A DNA stretch of 64,000 nucleotides from a virus, in the IMG/VR virus record IMGVR_UViG_3300025162_000043, positions 14,055-78,054 of that record; one strand, written 5' to 3'. The position numbers were made by a program, and so were the translations under genes. The notes beneath the pieces were generated by a model. It ran no database searches and was not told the DNA's origin. It was given only the letters and a program-made list of their open reading frames with translations. Within the stretch, counting starts at the first letter, position 1. Every line of letters begins with the position of its first letter. Below are positions 12,001 through 18,578 of this stretch, piece by piece.

Positions 12001-15000
12001 TAAGGCTTCAATTGCTCATGCAAACATGAAATCATCTTATCCCAATCTGGTGTAAAAACTATACTATTAGCAGATGATGGACCACTGAAACCAACCGAAG
12101 GCAGTTTGTTGAAATGAAATTTATTATCAAGTTTTCGAATGTTATAGAGCGTGTCGATACCATCTTTAGCCATGATGGCTATATAAGCATTTGCTCCAAT
12201 CTTGGAACCAATATGCTTAACTTTGGCAGTTAATCCATAGCTCTGCACAATCTCTTCAATGATTCCCATCTCTGTTTCCGATAAAGAATTAGCTGACTGC
12301 GAAAGGGATGGTATAGTTGCCAAATAATTAACTAGAACGTCAGGAGTATCAAAGTGTTGAGATTCTCCATCGGAAGTTTTAGATATAGACTTCTTATTGC
12401 TCTTATCATAGACAATAATTTGACCCGTTGAATTATTCTTATATACGTTAACAGTGTCAGAAGTCCCGTCTATTAACTTGAATCCAGAACTGGCGAGTAC
12501 TACATCAATCTCTTGGTCAGAAGGAGGGGTTAATATTTTTTTTTTGTCTTGCGGAATATTCTTAAGATATGCGACAAGTGCTGGTAAACTGTCAAAAGTA
12601 CTCATACTACCTGCGCCATCAACCAATGTGGACTTCGGGAAAGGCTTAATAGTAATAGTAGAATCATAACCAAAACTATTAGGCTTAATATACTTGCTTA
12701 TAACCGGATCCCAGTTAAACCCCGCAGTAGAAAGAATTTTTTCATACATTGCTCCCGCTTTGGACCCCTTTGGTGAATCCTGTGGTGGAGCTAAAATAGG
12801 AGACTGTGTGGCTCCTGAATAATTGACCTTTAACCATTCCAAAGCCTCTTCAATTTTCTTGGTAATAACAACCGAAATATGGTCCTTGTTGAGAACAAGA
12901 ATCTTGGCAACATCATTCGGAAAGAACTTGACTGTATCGGCAATAGTCTTATGAACATACCATACATCAGTGCCTACCATCTTTGGTTCAAATCCTAATT
13001 TCTTTATTTCATTCTCATCTTCTGTAGTTAGACGAATGGTATGAGAAGGTGGTTTATCAATGCCTACATGAGCCGTGTAAGATGCCTTTGATAACGAGGG
13101 ATAACCCATTGGAGTCGATGATACCTGCGCCATAATTGATGGACTAGTGGGCGCAAAGATTTGATGCGCTACCTCCGATGCAACTTGAGTAAGCAGCGAG
13201 AAATTATCTTCGACAAAACTATAAGTCTGATTCCAGTTGGCAAAATGCCAATTTTCATTTTTTCCATCAGTAAGAAAATGGGTAACCACATAGTTCTTGC
13301 CCTCGGAAGAAATAGCTTTCTTTTGAATAATAAGAGAAATAAAATCATACCCTCCAATCGTGATTGCAAAAGTCACACTTACACCTGGCATAGCATTGGG
13401 TACAACTTTAATGCCACTGTGTTGACTTGCGAGAATTTGTAATGTATGCACTTCGACCGAAGACATTGCATTGCTGGATTCAGGAGTAATATAAGTGACT
13501 GGTGGAGGTGCCCCCACAGATGGAGACGTAGGAACAGCTTTGGACGGAATAATCTTTGGCGGAGGCGCTGTCATCGACAAACCAATCCATGCCTTACCTT
13601 CATCATACTCTGAACTTGGTAATGGCAATGCATTAGCCGTCATATTTTTGCAATGCTCAAATGCAGCACTCCAATTGTCAGATTTAACACCAATCATTCC
13701 AGTGGACTTGACACATCCCATAAACGTTCCGTCGGAAAATGCATAGAACTGGAATCTATTATCGTTCGGAAGATGTGCCTTATAATAACTATTTGAAGGT
13801 CTCCATGCCATCTTGCATTCTTCTAGCAATTTGGTTTCCTTATCGGCACTCAACTTAATTTTAACCTTTTCCGAAAGATATTTATCCTTTTCCGACATTT
13901 TCGTCGGAGTTGATGGTGCATAATTATACTGCCCAGGCGTAGATTTAACGAAAGAACTAGCATAATGCTTTAGTATTTCTTCAAGCTCTGGCCAAGTGGC
14001 AAATACTTGAACATCGGCATCCATCGAATCTGCAATAGAAAATAATCCATTCTTATGAAACTTTACTGTATATTTGTAATTAACAGTCTCATTCTTCTTA
14101 TTCGTAAATGGAGCGTGAACAGTCCATTCCTCCCCCGACGGGGACTTCACAAATTTGTTCTTCTCCAAAAATGTCTGTTGCTCTGGTGTAAACGGTTGAA
14201 CAGGACTATGAATGGTCGATTGAATGTCCTTCTCTATCTCTGGATGTTTGCTAACATACGGAAGTACACGTAGAATAAGCCGCTGAATAAGTGTAGATAC
14301 ATTTGGAAGATAGCGAGATAAACTGATAATTTTAGCACGACGATCCAATTCAATTGTTGGAACATACATACCACCCTTATCCAAAAGTTCTCCATTATTA
14401 TGATACAAATCATAGATATGATCAATCTGACCCGCCATTGCCTCAATATCTTTGCTTTTCGCTTTTGGCATCAAACTCATGTATGCTTCTACACCAGCCC
14501 CCCACTTAGGTCCACCATAACCCTGATTCCATTTAAACTTGTTATAGCCAAGCATGATGTCGTTCCATGTTAATCCCGATTTATCAATTGCCTTCTTGAG
14601 TTTAAGAATAGTGTGAGGACTAAGACGACCAACAGCATAACTTGGGTTGTTAATACTCTCGGTGAATCCTGTAAGTCCTTTTTTATACTTAAGCAAATAC
14701 TTATTCGTAAGTACTTTTTTCTGATCTATCCACTGCTTAAGTTTGTCCTTATTAACTTTCTTAAGTTCATCCGAATAATCAACTGGATCATCTTCTGACT
14801 CGGCTCCTGGTGGAACTTCCACAGGAGGCATGTCATAATCAGTATCATCAGGCTCCAATGGCGTTTGAACTACTGAAGGTTCTTCTGGTTCTGGCTCAGG
14901 TTCAGCTTTCGGTTCAATAGGAGGCTTACCTACTATTGGCTCAACAGGCTCAGCGGAAGCCGCATCCGCAGGATCAGGAGACATTGGCGAGTAATACTTA

Positions 15001-15779
15001 CAGAACTTTAATAGACGCTTGACAGCATCTTCATTCCCCTTCATAACCGGAATTTTCTCGGCAACAGCAGCATTAAATTCTGATTTGGAAATCTTACCCG
15101 AATTTTTATTATAAATTCCAACCAACTTATGACGAAACAGTTGCCAGTCGGGACAAAGAGAAATAAAATATCGAAATTCTTGAACTAGCGTAAGACGCAA
15201 ATGCGCCATTAACATATCAGAAACTTGAATAACAACTTCGTCAAACACTTGATCAATAATCTTACGAAGTCTGAAAGGAACAATAGAAACTCCACTTGGA
15301 TGAAATTCAACATCATTCCAATCGGGAACAAAGAAAACACCCATAGTATTCCCACCTTGTAGACCAGCCTGAGCGATAGCACTTTTGTATTTATGTTTTT
15401 GCTGTGGAGTAAATTCCCCCGCATACTTCGGATTATTAAGATCTGGATCTGGTATCGGACTTCCCACAAATCTATGCATTAATTCTATCGCGTAAAAATC
15501 ATAAAATATCCGTGTAGCACTCTCACAAGTCTTGGGATCGCTCTTTCCTTTCTTAAGTATGTTCACAAAGGGAGCTTTATAGTGAAGCCTAATTGCAGTT
15601 GAAGAACCAGCTTTCGCTTTGGGATCATATTCAAATGTTGATTCTTCTCCCGCTGGATTAGTGTAATTCATCGTCGCTTCTGTCAAAGCGTTATCAATCT
15701 CAATTGAACTATACCCATGCATTATAGGTTGCCTTATTTGAATCGATTGATACAATTGGTCTTTAAGTAAAATAGCCAT
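3051..15779 (-). CDS. giant (4242 aa) modular phage protein built from many degenerate ~60-100-aa repeats; possibly virion-associated
   Basis: 12.7-kb uninterrupted ORF; recurring L..MGF...Y...I.FF.DG.A...F.T..E.L.FLW module; ATATTTAT motif upstream. Confidence 0.9.
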   Translation of the reverse strand: MAILLKDQLYQSIQIRQPIMHGYSSIEIDNALTEATMNYTNPAGEESTFEYDPKAKAGSSTAIRLHYKAPFVNILKKGKSDPKTCESATRIFYDFYAIELMHRFVGSPIPDPDLNNPKYAGEFTPQQKHKYKSAIAQAGLQGGNTMGVFFVPDWNDVEFHPSGVSIVPFRLRKIIDQVFDEVVIQVSDMLMAHLRLTLVQEFRYFISLCPDWQLFRHKLVGIYNKNSGKISKSEFNAAVAEKIPVMKGNEDAVKRLLKFCKYYSPMSPDPADAASAEPVEPIVGKPPIEPKAEPEPEPEEPSVVQTPLEPDDTDYDMPPVEVPPGAESEDDPVDYSDELKKVNKDKLKQWIDQKKVLTNKYLLKYKKGLTGFTESINNPSYAVGRLSPHTILKLKKAIDKSGLTWNDIMLGYNKFKWNQGYGGPKWGAGVEAYMSLMPKAKSKDIEAMAGQIDHIYDLYHNNGELLDKGGMYVPTIELDRRAKIISLSRYLPNVSTLIQRLILRVLPYVSKHPEIEKDIQSTIHSPVQPFTPEQQTFLEKNKFVKSPSGEEWTVHAPFTNKKNETVNYKYTVKFHKNGLFSIADSMDADVQVFATWPELEEILKHYASSFVKSTPGQYNYAPSTPTKMSEKDKYLSEKVKIKLSADKETKLLEECKMAWRPSNSYYKAHLPNDNRFQFYAFSDGTFMGCVKSTGMIGVKSDNWSAAFEHCKNMTANALPLPSSEYDEGKAWIGLSMTAPPPKIIPSKAVPTSPSVGAPPPVTYITPESSNAMSSVEVHTLQILASQHSGIKVVPNAMPGVSVTFAITIGGYDFISLIIQKKAISSEGKNYVVTHFLTDGKNENWHFANWNQTYSFVEDNFSLLTQVASEVAHQIFAPTSPSIMAQVSSTPMGYPSLSKASYTAHVGIDKPPSHTIRLTTEDENEIKKLGFEPKMVGTDVWYVHKTIADTVKFFPNDVAKILVLNKDHISVVITKKIEEALEWLKVNYSGATQSPILAPPQDSPKGSKAGAMYEKILSTAGFNWDPVISKYIKPNSFGYDSTITIKPFPKSTLVDGAGSMSTFDSLPALVAYLKNIPQDKKKILTPPSDQEIDVVLASSGFKLIDGTSDTVNVYKNNSTGQIIVYDKSNKKSISKTSDGESQHFDTPDVLVNYLATIPSLSQSANSLSETEMGIIEEIVQSYGLTAKVKHIGSKIGANAYIAIMAKDGIDTLYNIRKLDNKFHFNKLPSVGFSGPSSANSIVFTPDWDKMISCLHEQLKPYKIEPADPSLQNLNNSLSETEIGIIEAIVFSYGLTAKVKYIDHPIGNAYIHIVAKDGVDTLYTIRKLDNKFHLQKIPLFDSPILEPVVIAPEWEKLILYLHEQLKPYKIEAPDKPTDKPAEGITLKDYQQIKEAVDSYGESVWSEYVHAAYGQSAYVEVTHKPKFDEPGTIIFSIGKLGNFYQINDDQNKPKDNSPTLAGIIARIHSILSAIASQAEVHPEILKMIGDLATSANFNSIKPEEGKSLTYVKGGNETISVGPHGAVTYTHKGVMGPIHTKNPQVFTNWFQIYYLKGQVPDTAAKFNNSILNLLNSGEFLEQDKFTILHSKKVNAIKALRVYIMQVTGGPCGLAKTKWAIENLGQFLDYIKLHGLPNMDGNNDEFLVHLGEPPPAGDVPTKLLDDEKKTIGDIVIEHLPNLSGYDPTGDAMIIWGWVGDNSVNYKITKEENVYRVYTDNHTNKNGEWIIQKQVSTFNELTAYIEDLVTHIAKALKNSKLKHPLAKTTPSHNPEKLSVTEVEELKKLVKKFKLTISTMYTKKLTEDTSSPEEAYSLGISDPVHKVWLKITKDEGEYVISKGVNDAYFPIRKFNTFEKMLVYLDYYLNSYVKEEPTEVDKIDDDELKIIKDLVKEYKPKAKVRRKYMTSKESGGKVPYVFIETGELDSGGKNYVLSKMADGTYKLFEANNSFDEWKIISTANSWEEIYDVISKEMKNEPLPDEGNIVPEGKLASLMANAGYNYINTTTLALDANVSKNAKVYDNDEDERIYLFDDGSSRVWYKETKETPSGSKVMVGFKTIPELIAWMEMKYENKVSSELIDIQNQLEVIGFKTENKFHQWTTKWDKTSISNLKPVIDHVELHADGSSTVTPARSVLAGTSKPKSFFFNTYAILKQYLTDKYLKPKSWIDAYFTQVLVKGKFQKIEDQLTEMGFKWTNDKLIVVPFPSGGVMQTVDDSDPISFSYESTYDLAKRIDILLEYSDDYVGLGWSTGDESLNDIIIKSGFVYHGQENSQEGTDLIFLHSNGTKLHYYTLDGNSEIVFPATQANLAFTNNQDLKNYLSGAAGMSTTSQWPSQQSSDDDYAKSYYDDLGHYTNVYSIRLTKEDDDRMKKLGWIFKPSHETNSVAAYYNSHGYRAVFYNRKVDESKPVCRISDMNKLVKEFGLHLYKYPYQVVTFLEANPSASYGLTPDKFSTNDGSILTNDFNAKNLITKDLKDIGAPAGSIDSIYFQSSHASENGEIHILGGNVLKFAIGKKIVGTNVVWYIRQAVSDDPSGMYRVYTFVEHHKDAMVEWIKNNITNLVTHKSIKDADGHNLGQAEGPLNDQGEMYYPGPEILDLLKSKGFKSENLSAYGNKWVHPSGFYFELYEKAINWHFSQGAKGFGILKDDQPKFLEKALANVTPGVNEEAIDQMFIAAMPSQEDTDHEMGAMTPSGKAYKTHDVEGNADMIWLNVHDAELLQLMEFMPFPSENPLYKNPQGNIIKFFDTGKAEYIDYFGHPDKPENGEVTTFDNIPHALKFVVVKHSVFSNQDYKSDVGGNVVEIQLNPHDDAIMKQLGFHFDKANMKYIKELGSNDMSKVQEAINKDAIKDDKYEVFTAYDTGYAIWQYFEKDTEEQTEEGKILIVLAFIWKRWKHKLAGNIKTIPVDTQQDLPGPLEPVNVAINKPNASQTFLDLDSFQAPPFAHKDFGNRGFEYDPSTKSYYKKYNEFVGTCIKWTGNVYVISHPHTTDEKIYTYREFSSSDLYYVLVTIKKIENADFGNFVQSEDDALKKGDANYFNAPNGWTPYQPYAPKKNPTNIKPEDWIHKELDAYGFEWMPDSAMYSWKDINGKVGTSWQAVRFDKNGTIVYFYHTAEGNPRYFCSKDFSQIQLRIEKYFLMGTSTGAPKKIYPLDPKNYSPTVPEWNTYSVTNKAVKLIDSDHKAVLQAGFVFNATTNTYENYKTKDKFKIFEEGFVWYKFTGMGEGGGMDNSIGHFFDMLKSKYGELEWGFHPLSKYEIDQLKSKMKIIGFAEQTNKLVPNDLYFDKLLPDNKTTLKIKEVVVVFPNHTMEFCLYDTAGVDRLLGSFVFESLTYGLHVLEDHNTSGIKLLLATDLSAELILQGFIYVSEETRYEHAFGSGGLKVCITFFGNGQAQAQLMRPDNSEGYEEVKEKKFTNFYDAILWSASKNFEASTPEHSTMSSLKQSDEVPYSGHDYNQPSKDPKKKPVYTTISLILQDEETLNKMGFHRVQTEHMIWYEKVGIAQLVEFFGDGHASIKDMGIGTKKDQFPTVKECLQFLWDKFKPSGTGTTSGIGTTIKGKILPPQEIGTSTKGKVSSPMPFSEYDYSGWAKNTKHNPDATIKLVPADDLVMQKLGWVTSQDNNDAYYYSNSKNGDIIYFFVNGHARMIDSTGKKFDFITVKSVMEQLWITSPLSTAHEKEPIVEKIKEKIKEFGFKYIDTNSPKSYPILFTKFTSTFQYAINYHVEKQTIEFTKSNAKPTKGYHKILEEWTLSVPEAIEKLETLFGGSPSIKGNKKKKVLAGTEDMPWSGTDYLQWGKVALKVIGTGKGMSIHLAEVHTLKQMGWNEVGNSKVGYSYENGNEKMIFHPSGFTEYWSDKNGQPTQNWQEIEMPIRWLWKNKGSAKQSDEVPYSGHDYNQPSEDPKKKPVYTTISLIPQDEETLNKMGFVRVKTENVIWYEKTGIGQFVEFFADGHASINDMGTGTKKDQFPTVKECLQFLWDKFKPSIQGNEKKKVLAGTEDMEDMPYSGATYKIKDSHHYPTTVNLYDENVLKSIGFERDTNVKGYFKKISDTIDEVFEVFDDGTSQWRTWTTPDANAPLLVISTDPTKFSSVKEGMEFLWNKHKPSTQKKPKVTGEMTYSGTDYAEWWKNYWADVPPNTSIALNSDDVHTLAKIGFVEKINDGPDTDIAFKVIYENKGGTDRAFFFASGIGAYWKTPEDGPYYHNTVKDLMQFLWDKYSVFIEEGIIKDLVSMIMEHPHTAKLLK
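3834..5465. repeat. ~309-bp near-identical in-frame duplication (3834-4142 and 5157-5465) within the giant ORF
   Basis: KQSDEVPYSGHDYNQPS...KECLQFLWDKFKPS occurs twice; DNA also nearly identical. Confidence 0.95.
11673..12291. repeat. tandem ~300-bp in-frame duplication within the giant ORF
   Basis: NSLSETE.GIIE.IV.SYGLTAKVK...LHEQLKPYKIE occurs twice. Confidence 0.9.
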
Positions 15780-15862
15780 AATTTGTTACATAGTATAAAT
15801 ATACAGGAACAGTGGAAAGGAAAAAAAAAAAAGAATGGGACGAATATGATATATTTATTCTA

Positions 15863-16492
15863 ATGCAACAAAAAGATAAAATACCAAAATGGAAACGTAT
15901 CTTAGACTATACATTAATTATAATATTATCTCCTATCTTACTTATAATTGGTGCTGGTATAGCCCTATCGATAAAACTGAGTTCACATGGTCCAATACTA
16001 TTTTGCCAACAACGTATAGGACTAAACGGAAAAGAATTCACATGTTACAAATTTAGAACAATGCATCGGAATGCAAATGCTAAAATACACCACAATTACG
16101 TACGTCAGTTAATTGAGAAAGAAATTCCAATGATTAAATTGGATATTCGGGGTGATACTAGATTATTATTCTTCGGAGCCACTCTGCGCGCCACTGGATT
16201 AGATGAACTTCCACAACTAATCAACGTACTATGTGGAGACATGAGCATTGTCGGTCCACGCCCATGCACATTATATGAATACAAATTATATGCGCCTCGG
16301 GATTATAAAAGATTCAGTGTAGCCCCTGGACTAACTGGACTTTGGCAGGTTAGTGGTAAAAATAAAACCACATTCAAACACATGATTCACTTAGATATCG
16401 AATACTCCCAACATTTTAGTATTTGGTTGGATTTGAAAATTATACTGAAAACTTTTCCAACTCTCATTAAACAATGCTTGAATATTCACTAA
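15863..16492 (+). CDS. small monotopic phosphoglycosyl transferase (bacterial sugar transferase, WcaJ/WbaP/PglC catalytic domain)
   Basis: KRILD + hydrophobic helix, YKFRTM, LDELPQLINVLCGDMSIVGPRP, PGLTGLWQVSG; ATG 15863 follows an ATATTTAT motif (ORF track start 15812). Confidence 0.93.
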   Translation: MQQKDKIPKWKRILDYTLIIILSPILLIIGAGIALSIKLSSHGPILFCQQRIGLNGKEFTCYKFRTMHRNANAKIHHNYVRQLIEKEIPMIKLDIRGDTRLLFFGATLRATGLDELPQLINVLCGDMSIVGPRPCTLYEYKLYAPRDYKRFSVAPGLTGLWQVSGKNKTTFKHMIHLDIEYSQHFSIWLDLKIILKTFPTLIKQCLNIH

Positions 16493-16502
16493 TCGAACCC
16501 AC

Positions 16503-16552
16503 ATCAACAACCCCTACCCTAAAGGGACAGGGGCTTCCTTGCTCCCAAGGAT
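16503..16552 (-). mobile_element. IS200/IS605-family hybrid LE/RE hairpin scar
   Basis: minus strand TTCAC|atccttggGAGCAAGGAAGCCCCTGTCCCTTTAGGGTAGGGGTTGTTGAT; starts like the tnpB element left end and finishes like its right end. Confidence 0.75.
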
Positions 16553-16559
16553 GTGAAAT

Positions 16560-16959
16560 TGGTGGACCTGCCGAAGATCTGCCCTTCGGGTCTCTATAAT
16601 AGAAAACTTACAATACTACAAGTTTAGTTCGTTGGTGATTTCTGCCGTTTACTTACGAACACCTGAGCGGCATATCCATACACTGGTATGTCAGCAGTAA
16701 TATGATTGGAACCATATCAAGTTTCACCCGCTATAGAGCCGTGGATTTTGTAGCGAGTATCCTTATCCACGTCCGAATTATGCCAAAGCCAACTCGAAAA
16801 CTGACTCCTCAACATCGTTAAGCGACATCTCAAAATCAATTTCTGCAATCTTATTTAAGCGATTGTCATCTGTCTTCGGTCAGATTTTATGCTGTCCATC
16901 CGACCAACCAGCACTTGCATTATAAGCCATCAATCATAGATCGAATCTATTACAGGCCC
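16560..16959 (-). ncRNA. ssrA: tmRNA
   Basis: 5' GGGCCUG...AUUCGA and 3' CAGGUCC-ACCA form an acceptor stem with G3:U; T-arm CCGAAG-GGCAGAU-CUUCGG; internal tag frame ending FELALA-stop (16867-16778). Confidence 0.92.
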
Positions 16960-17006
16960 ATTTCAATAAATATACCAGACCCCATCAAAGGTGTCAAGTT
17001 TTTTCG

Positions 17007-17074
17007 GTCAACAACCCCTAGGTCGGAATTCCTCCCCAAGGCTAAAGCCGTTGGGGCTTCCTTCCTCCAAGTAA
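17007..17074 (-). mobile_element. IS200/IS605-family minimal LE+RE scar inside a gene 3' end
   Basis: TTCAC|ttacttgGAGGAAGGAAGCCCCAACGGCTTTAGCCTTGGGGAGGAATTCCGAC-CTAGGGGTTGTTGAC. Confidence 0.8.
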
Positions 17075-17505
17075 GTGAAAATCCCCTTCTCCTCAGAATA
17101 CATAACATCTTTGATAACTATCTTGTCAACTTTAACCTCTGACCCATTCTCAAAATATACATCCCCCTTAATAGTAAACTGAGTTTCGTGAATACTGTCA
17201 ATATCCCCCTCCTTTACCACAAGCCTTATGGCTAATGTATCATCACTCCTAAATGCCAGACTTAATACATCAACTTTAATGTGATCAAAATACATGCTCA
17301 CACAAGGACGCTTATCTAACTTCTGATTGAACTCTTCCACGGCCTCACGTAATATATAAGGATGAAACTCGTATTGCTTAAATACAGGCGGAGTCACAAT
17401 AGGATGATAATAATTAATCCCCCGATCCATTATCACACTCTCAGAATCAAATCTCATAGCAATGAATAAAAGACAAATGCAATATAATGCATATGAAATA
17501 AACAC
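17008..17505 (-). CDS. hypothetical protein (C-terminus supplied by the IS scar)
   Basis: 165-aa ORF with N-terminal hydrophobic stretch. Confidence 0.65.
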   Translation of the reverse strand: MFISYALYCICLLFIAMRFDSESVIMDRGINYYHPIVTPPVFKQYEFHPYILREAVEEFNQKLDKRPCVSMYFDHIKVDVLSLAFRSDDTLAIRLVVKEGDIDSIHETQFTIKGDVYFENGSEVKVDKIVIKDVMYSEEKGIFTYLEEGSPNGFSLGEEFRPRGC

Positions 17506-17508
17506 AAA

Positions 17509-17772
17509 TTATTGGCCATATTCAGGATTAATAAGTAGTTCATGAGATTTCTTTCTCCGTTCTTTATTCAACCGACGTTTCTTCTCTTGTAGTTTTTCTG
17601 CATCAGTCATCTCATTAATCCAATTATCAACTTCTTTGCGAAGCCCCCTTAATGTACGATTGCGCCGACGCATATCCCTGGAAAGAATTCGACTGCTCTC
17701 TATAAAACTCTCAGTAATAAGATCTTGAATCTCCGCTAATAACTTGATTCGACTCTTTTGAAATTGATGCAT
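17509..17772 (-). CDS. hypothetical basic helical protein
   Basis: ORF track 17509-17796; likely ATG 17772. Confidence 0.6.
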   Translation of the reverse strand: MHQFQKSRIKLLAEIQDLITESFIESSRILSRDMRRRNRTLRGLRKEVDNWINEMTDAEKLQEKKRRLNKERRKKSHELLINPEYGQ

Positions 17773-17848
17773 ATTCGATAATATATAGACGTTCACAATT
17801 CTAAAAATAGGAAGTTGACAAATATTTCAGATGTGCTATGTTGCACCC

Positions 17849-18118
17849 ATGAATACATCTTGGCCCGAAACCATTGACAAAGACAAATCTTGGCCCGAAA
17901 CCATTGCTAAAGAAAAAGAAAAAATAAAAATAACCTTCCGACTTATATGTGCATCCAAAGTAAAGAAGTTTGCCCTGGAATTTGCAAAAAATCAAATCCG
18001 TACCAAAAATCATACCCGCGTAAGTGAAGAATTCCTCATCTCTTGCGAAATAGCACTCAAGAATTATATCATCTCCCGAGTAAAAATGCAACCCACAAAA
18101 GGAAAAACTTTGACGTAA
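17849..18118 (+). CDS. putative histone-fold (bacterial/phage histone-like) protein
   Basis: LICASKVKKFA...TRVSEEFL...LKNYI...KGKTL parallels the bacterial histone pattern (LVV.SKVK...S.E....L...RKTV); TTGACA/TGCTATGT promoter directly upstream. Confidence 0.6.
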   Translation: MNTSWPETIDKDKSWPETIAKEKEKIKITFRLICASKVKKFALEFAKNQIRTKNHTRVSEEFLISCEIALKNYIISRVKMQPTKGKTLT

Positions 18119-18142
18119 TACTTATAACAAGGTAATATTACA

Positions 18143-18328
18143 ATGAATAACTATAACAAGAACGAAGAGGAAATTATAACCCAATGCCTAATGGTCTCTT
18201 CTTGCTGTGGTGCTGCCCCATTAGGATGCTTGGAAGAAAATATATGCGGACATATGATCGGAATATGTTCGGAATGTCACCAAGAAACTAACTTCGAGAA
18301 AGATACGGAAGATGAAAATAGTCGCTAA
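18143..18328 (+). CDS. small Cys-rich (Zn-binding) phage protein
   Basis: SSCCGA...GICSECH. Confidence 0.65.
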   Translation: MNNYNKNEEEIITQCLMVSSCCGAAPLGCLEENICGHMIGICSECHQETNFEKDTEDENSR

Positions 18329-18575
18329 ATATATCGGAAAAGTAAACGAATTCAACCAACCCCCAGCCCTATCCTATGTCACATTGAAAAATGTAGACAC
18401 CAATGAGGAAATTAATACACATGCCCTATCCCAAATGCTCCTGGATGCAGGAGTCGATTACGTGAAATGTGAATTCGAAGTCCTCGTCATGGAAAATGAT
18501 GAGGGAAAACATAAAGCAATAACTAAAGAATTAAAATCCCATAATAATACCCCAACTGATAATTTTGATATTTGA
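18312..18575 (+). CDS. hypothetical protein
   Basis: 87-aa ORF overlapping the upstream gene. Confidence 0.65.
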   Translation: MKIVAKYIGKVNEFNQPPALSYVTLKNVDTNEEINTHALSQMLLDAGVDYVKCEFEVLVMENDEGKHKAITKELKSHNNTPTDNFDI

Positions 18576-18578
18576 TAT

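Noticed and set aside
3177-15469. Many short ORFs overlapping the giant gene
   Set aside because: Shadow and alternate frames with no independent support.
16560-16600. tRNA gene at the TGGTGG/CCA end
   Set aside because: No anticodon arm; the pairing partner lies 400 nt away, as in tmRNA.
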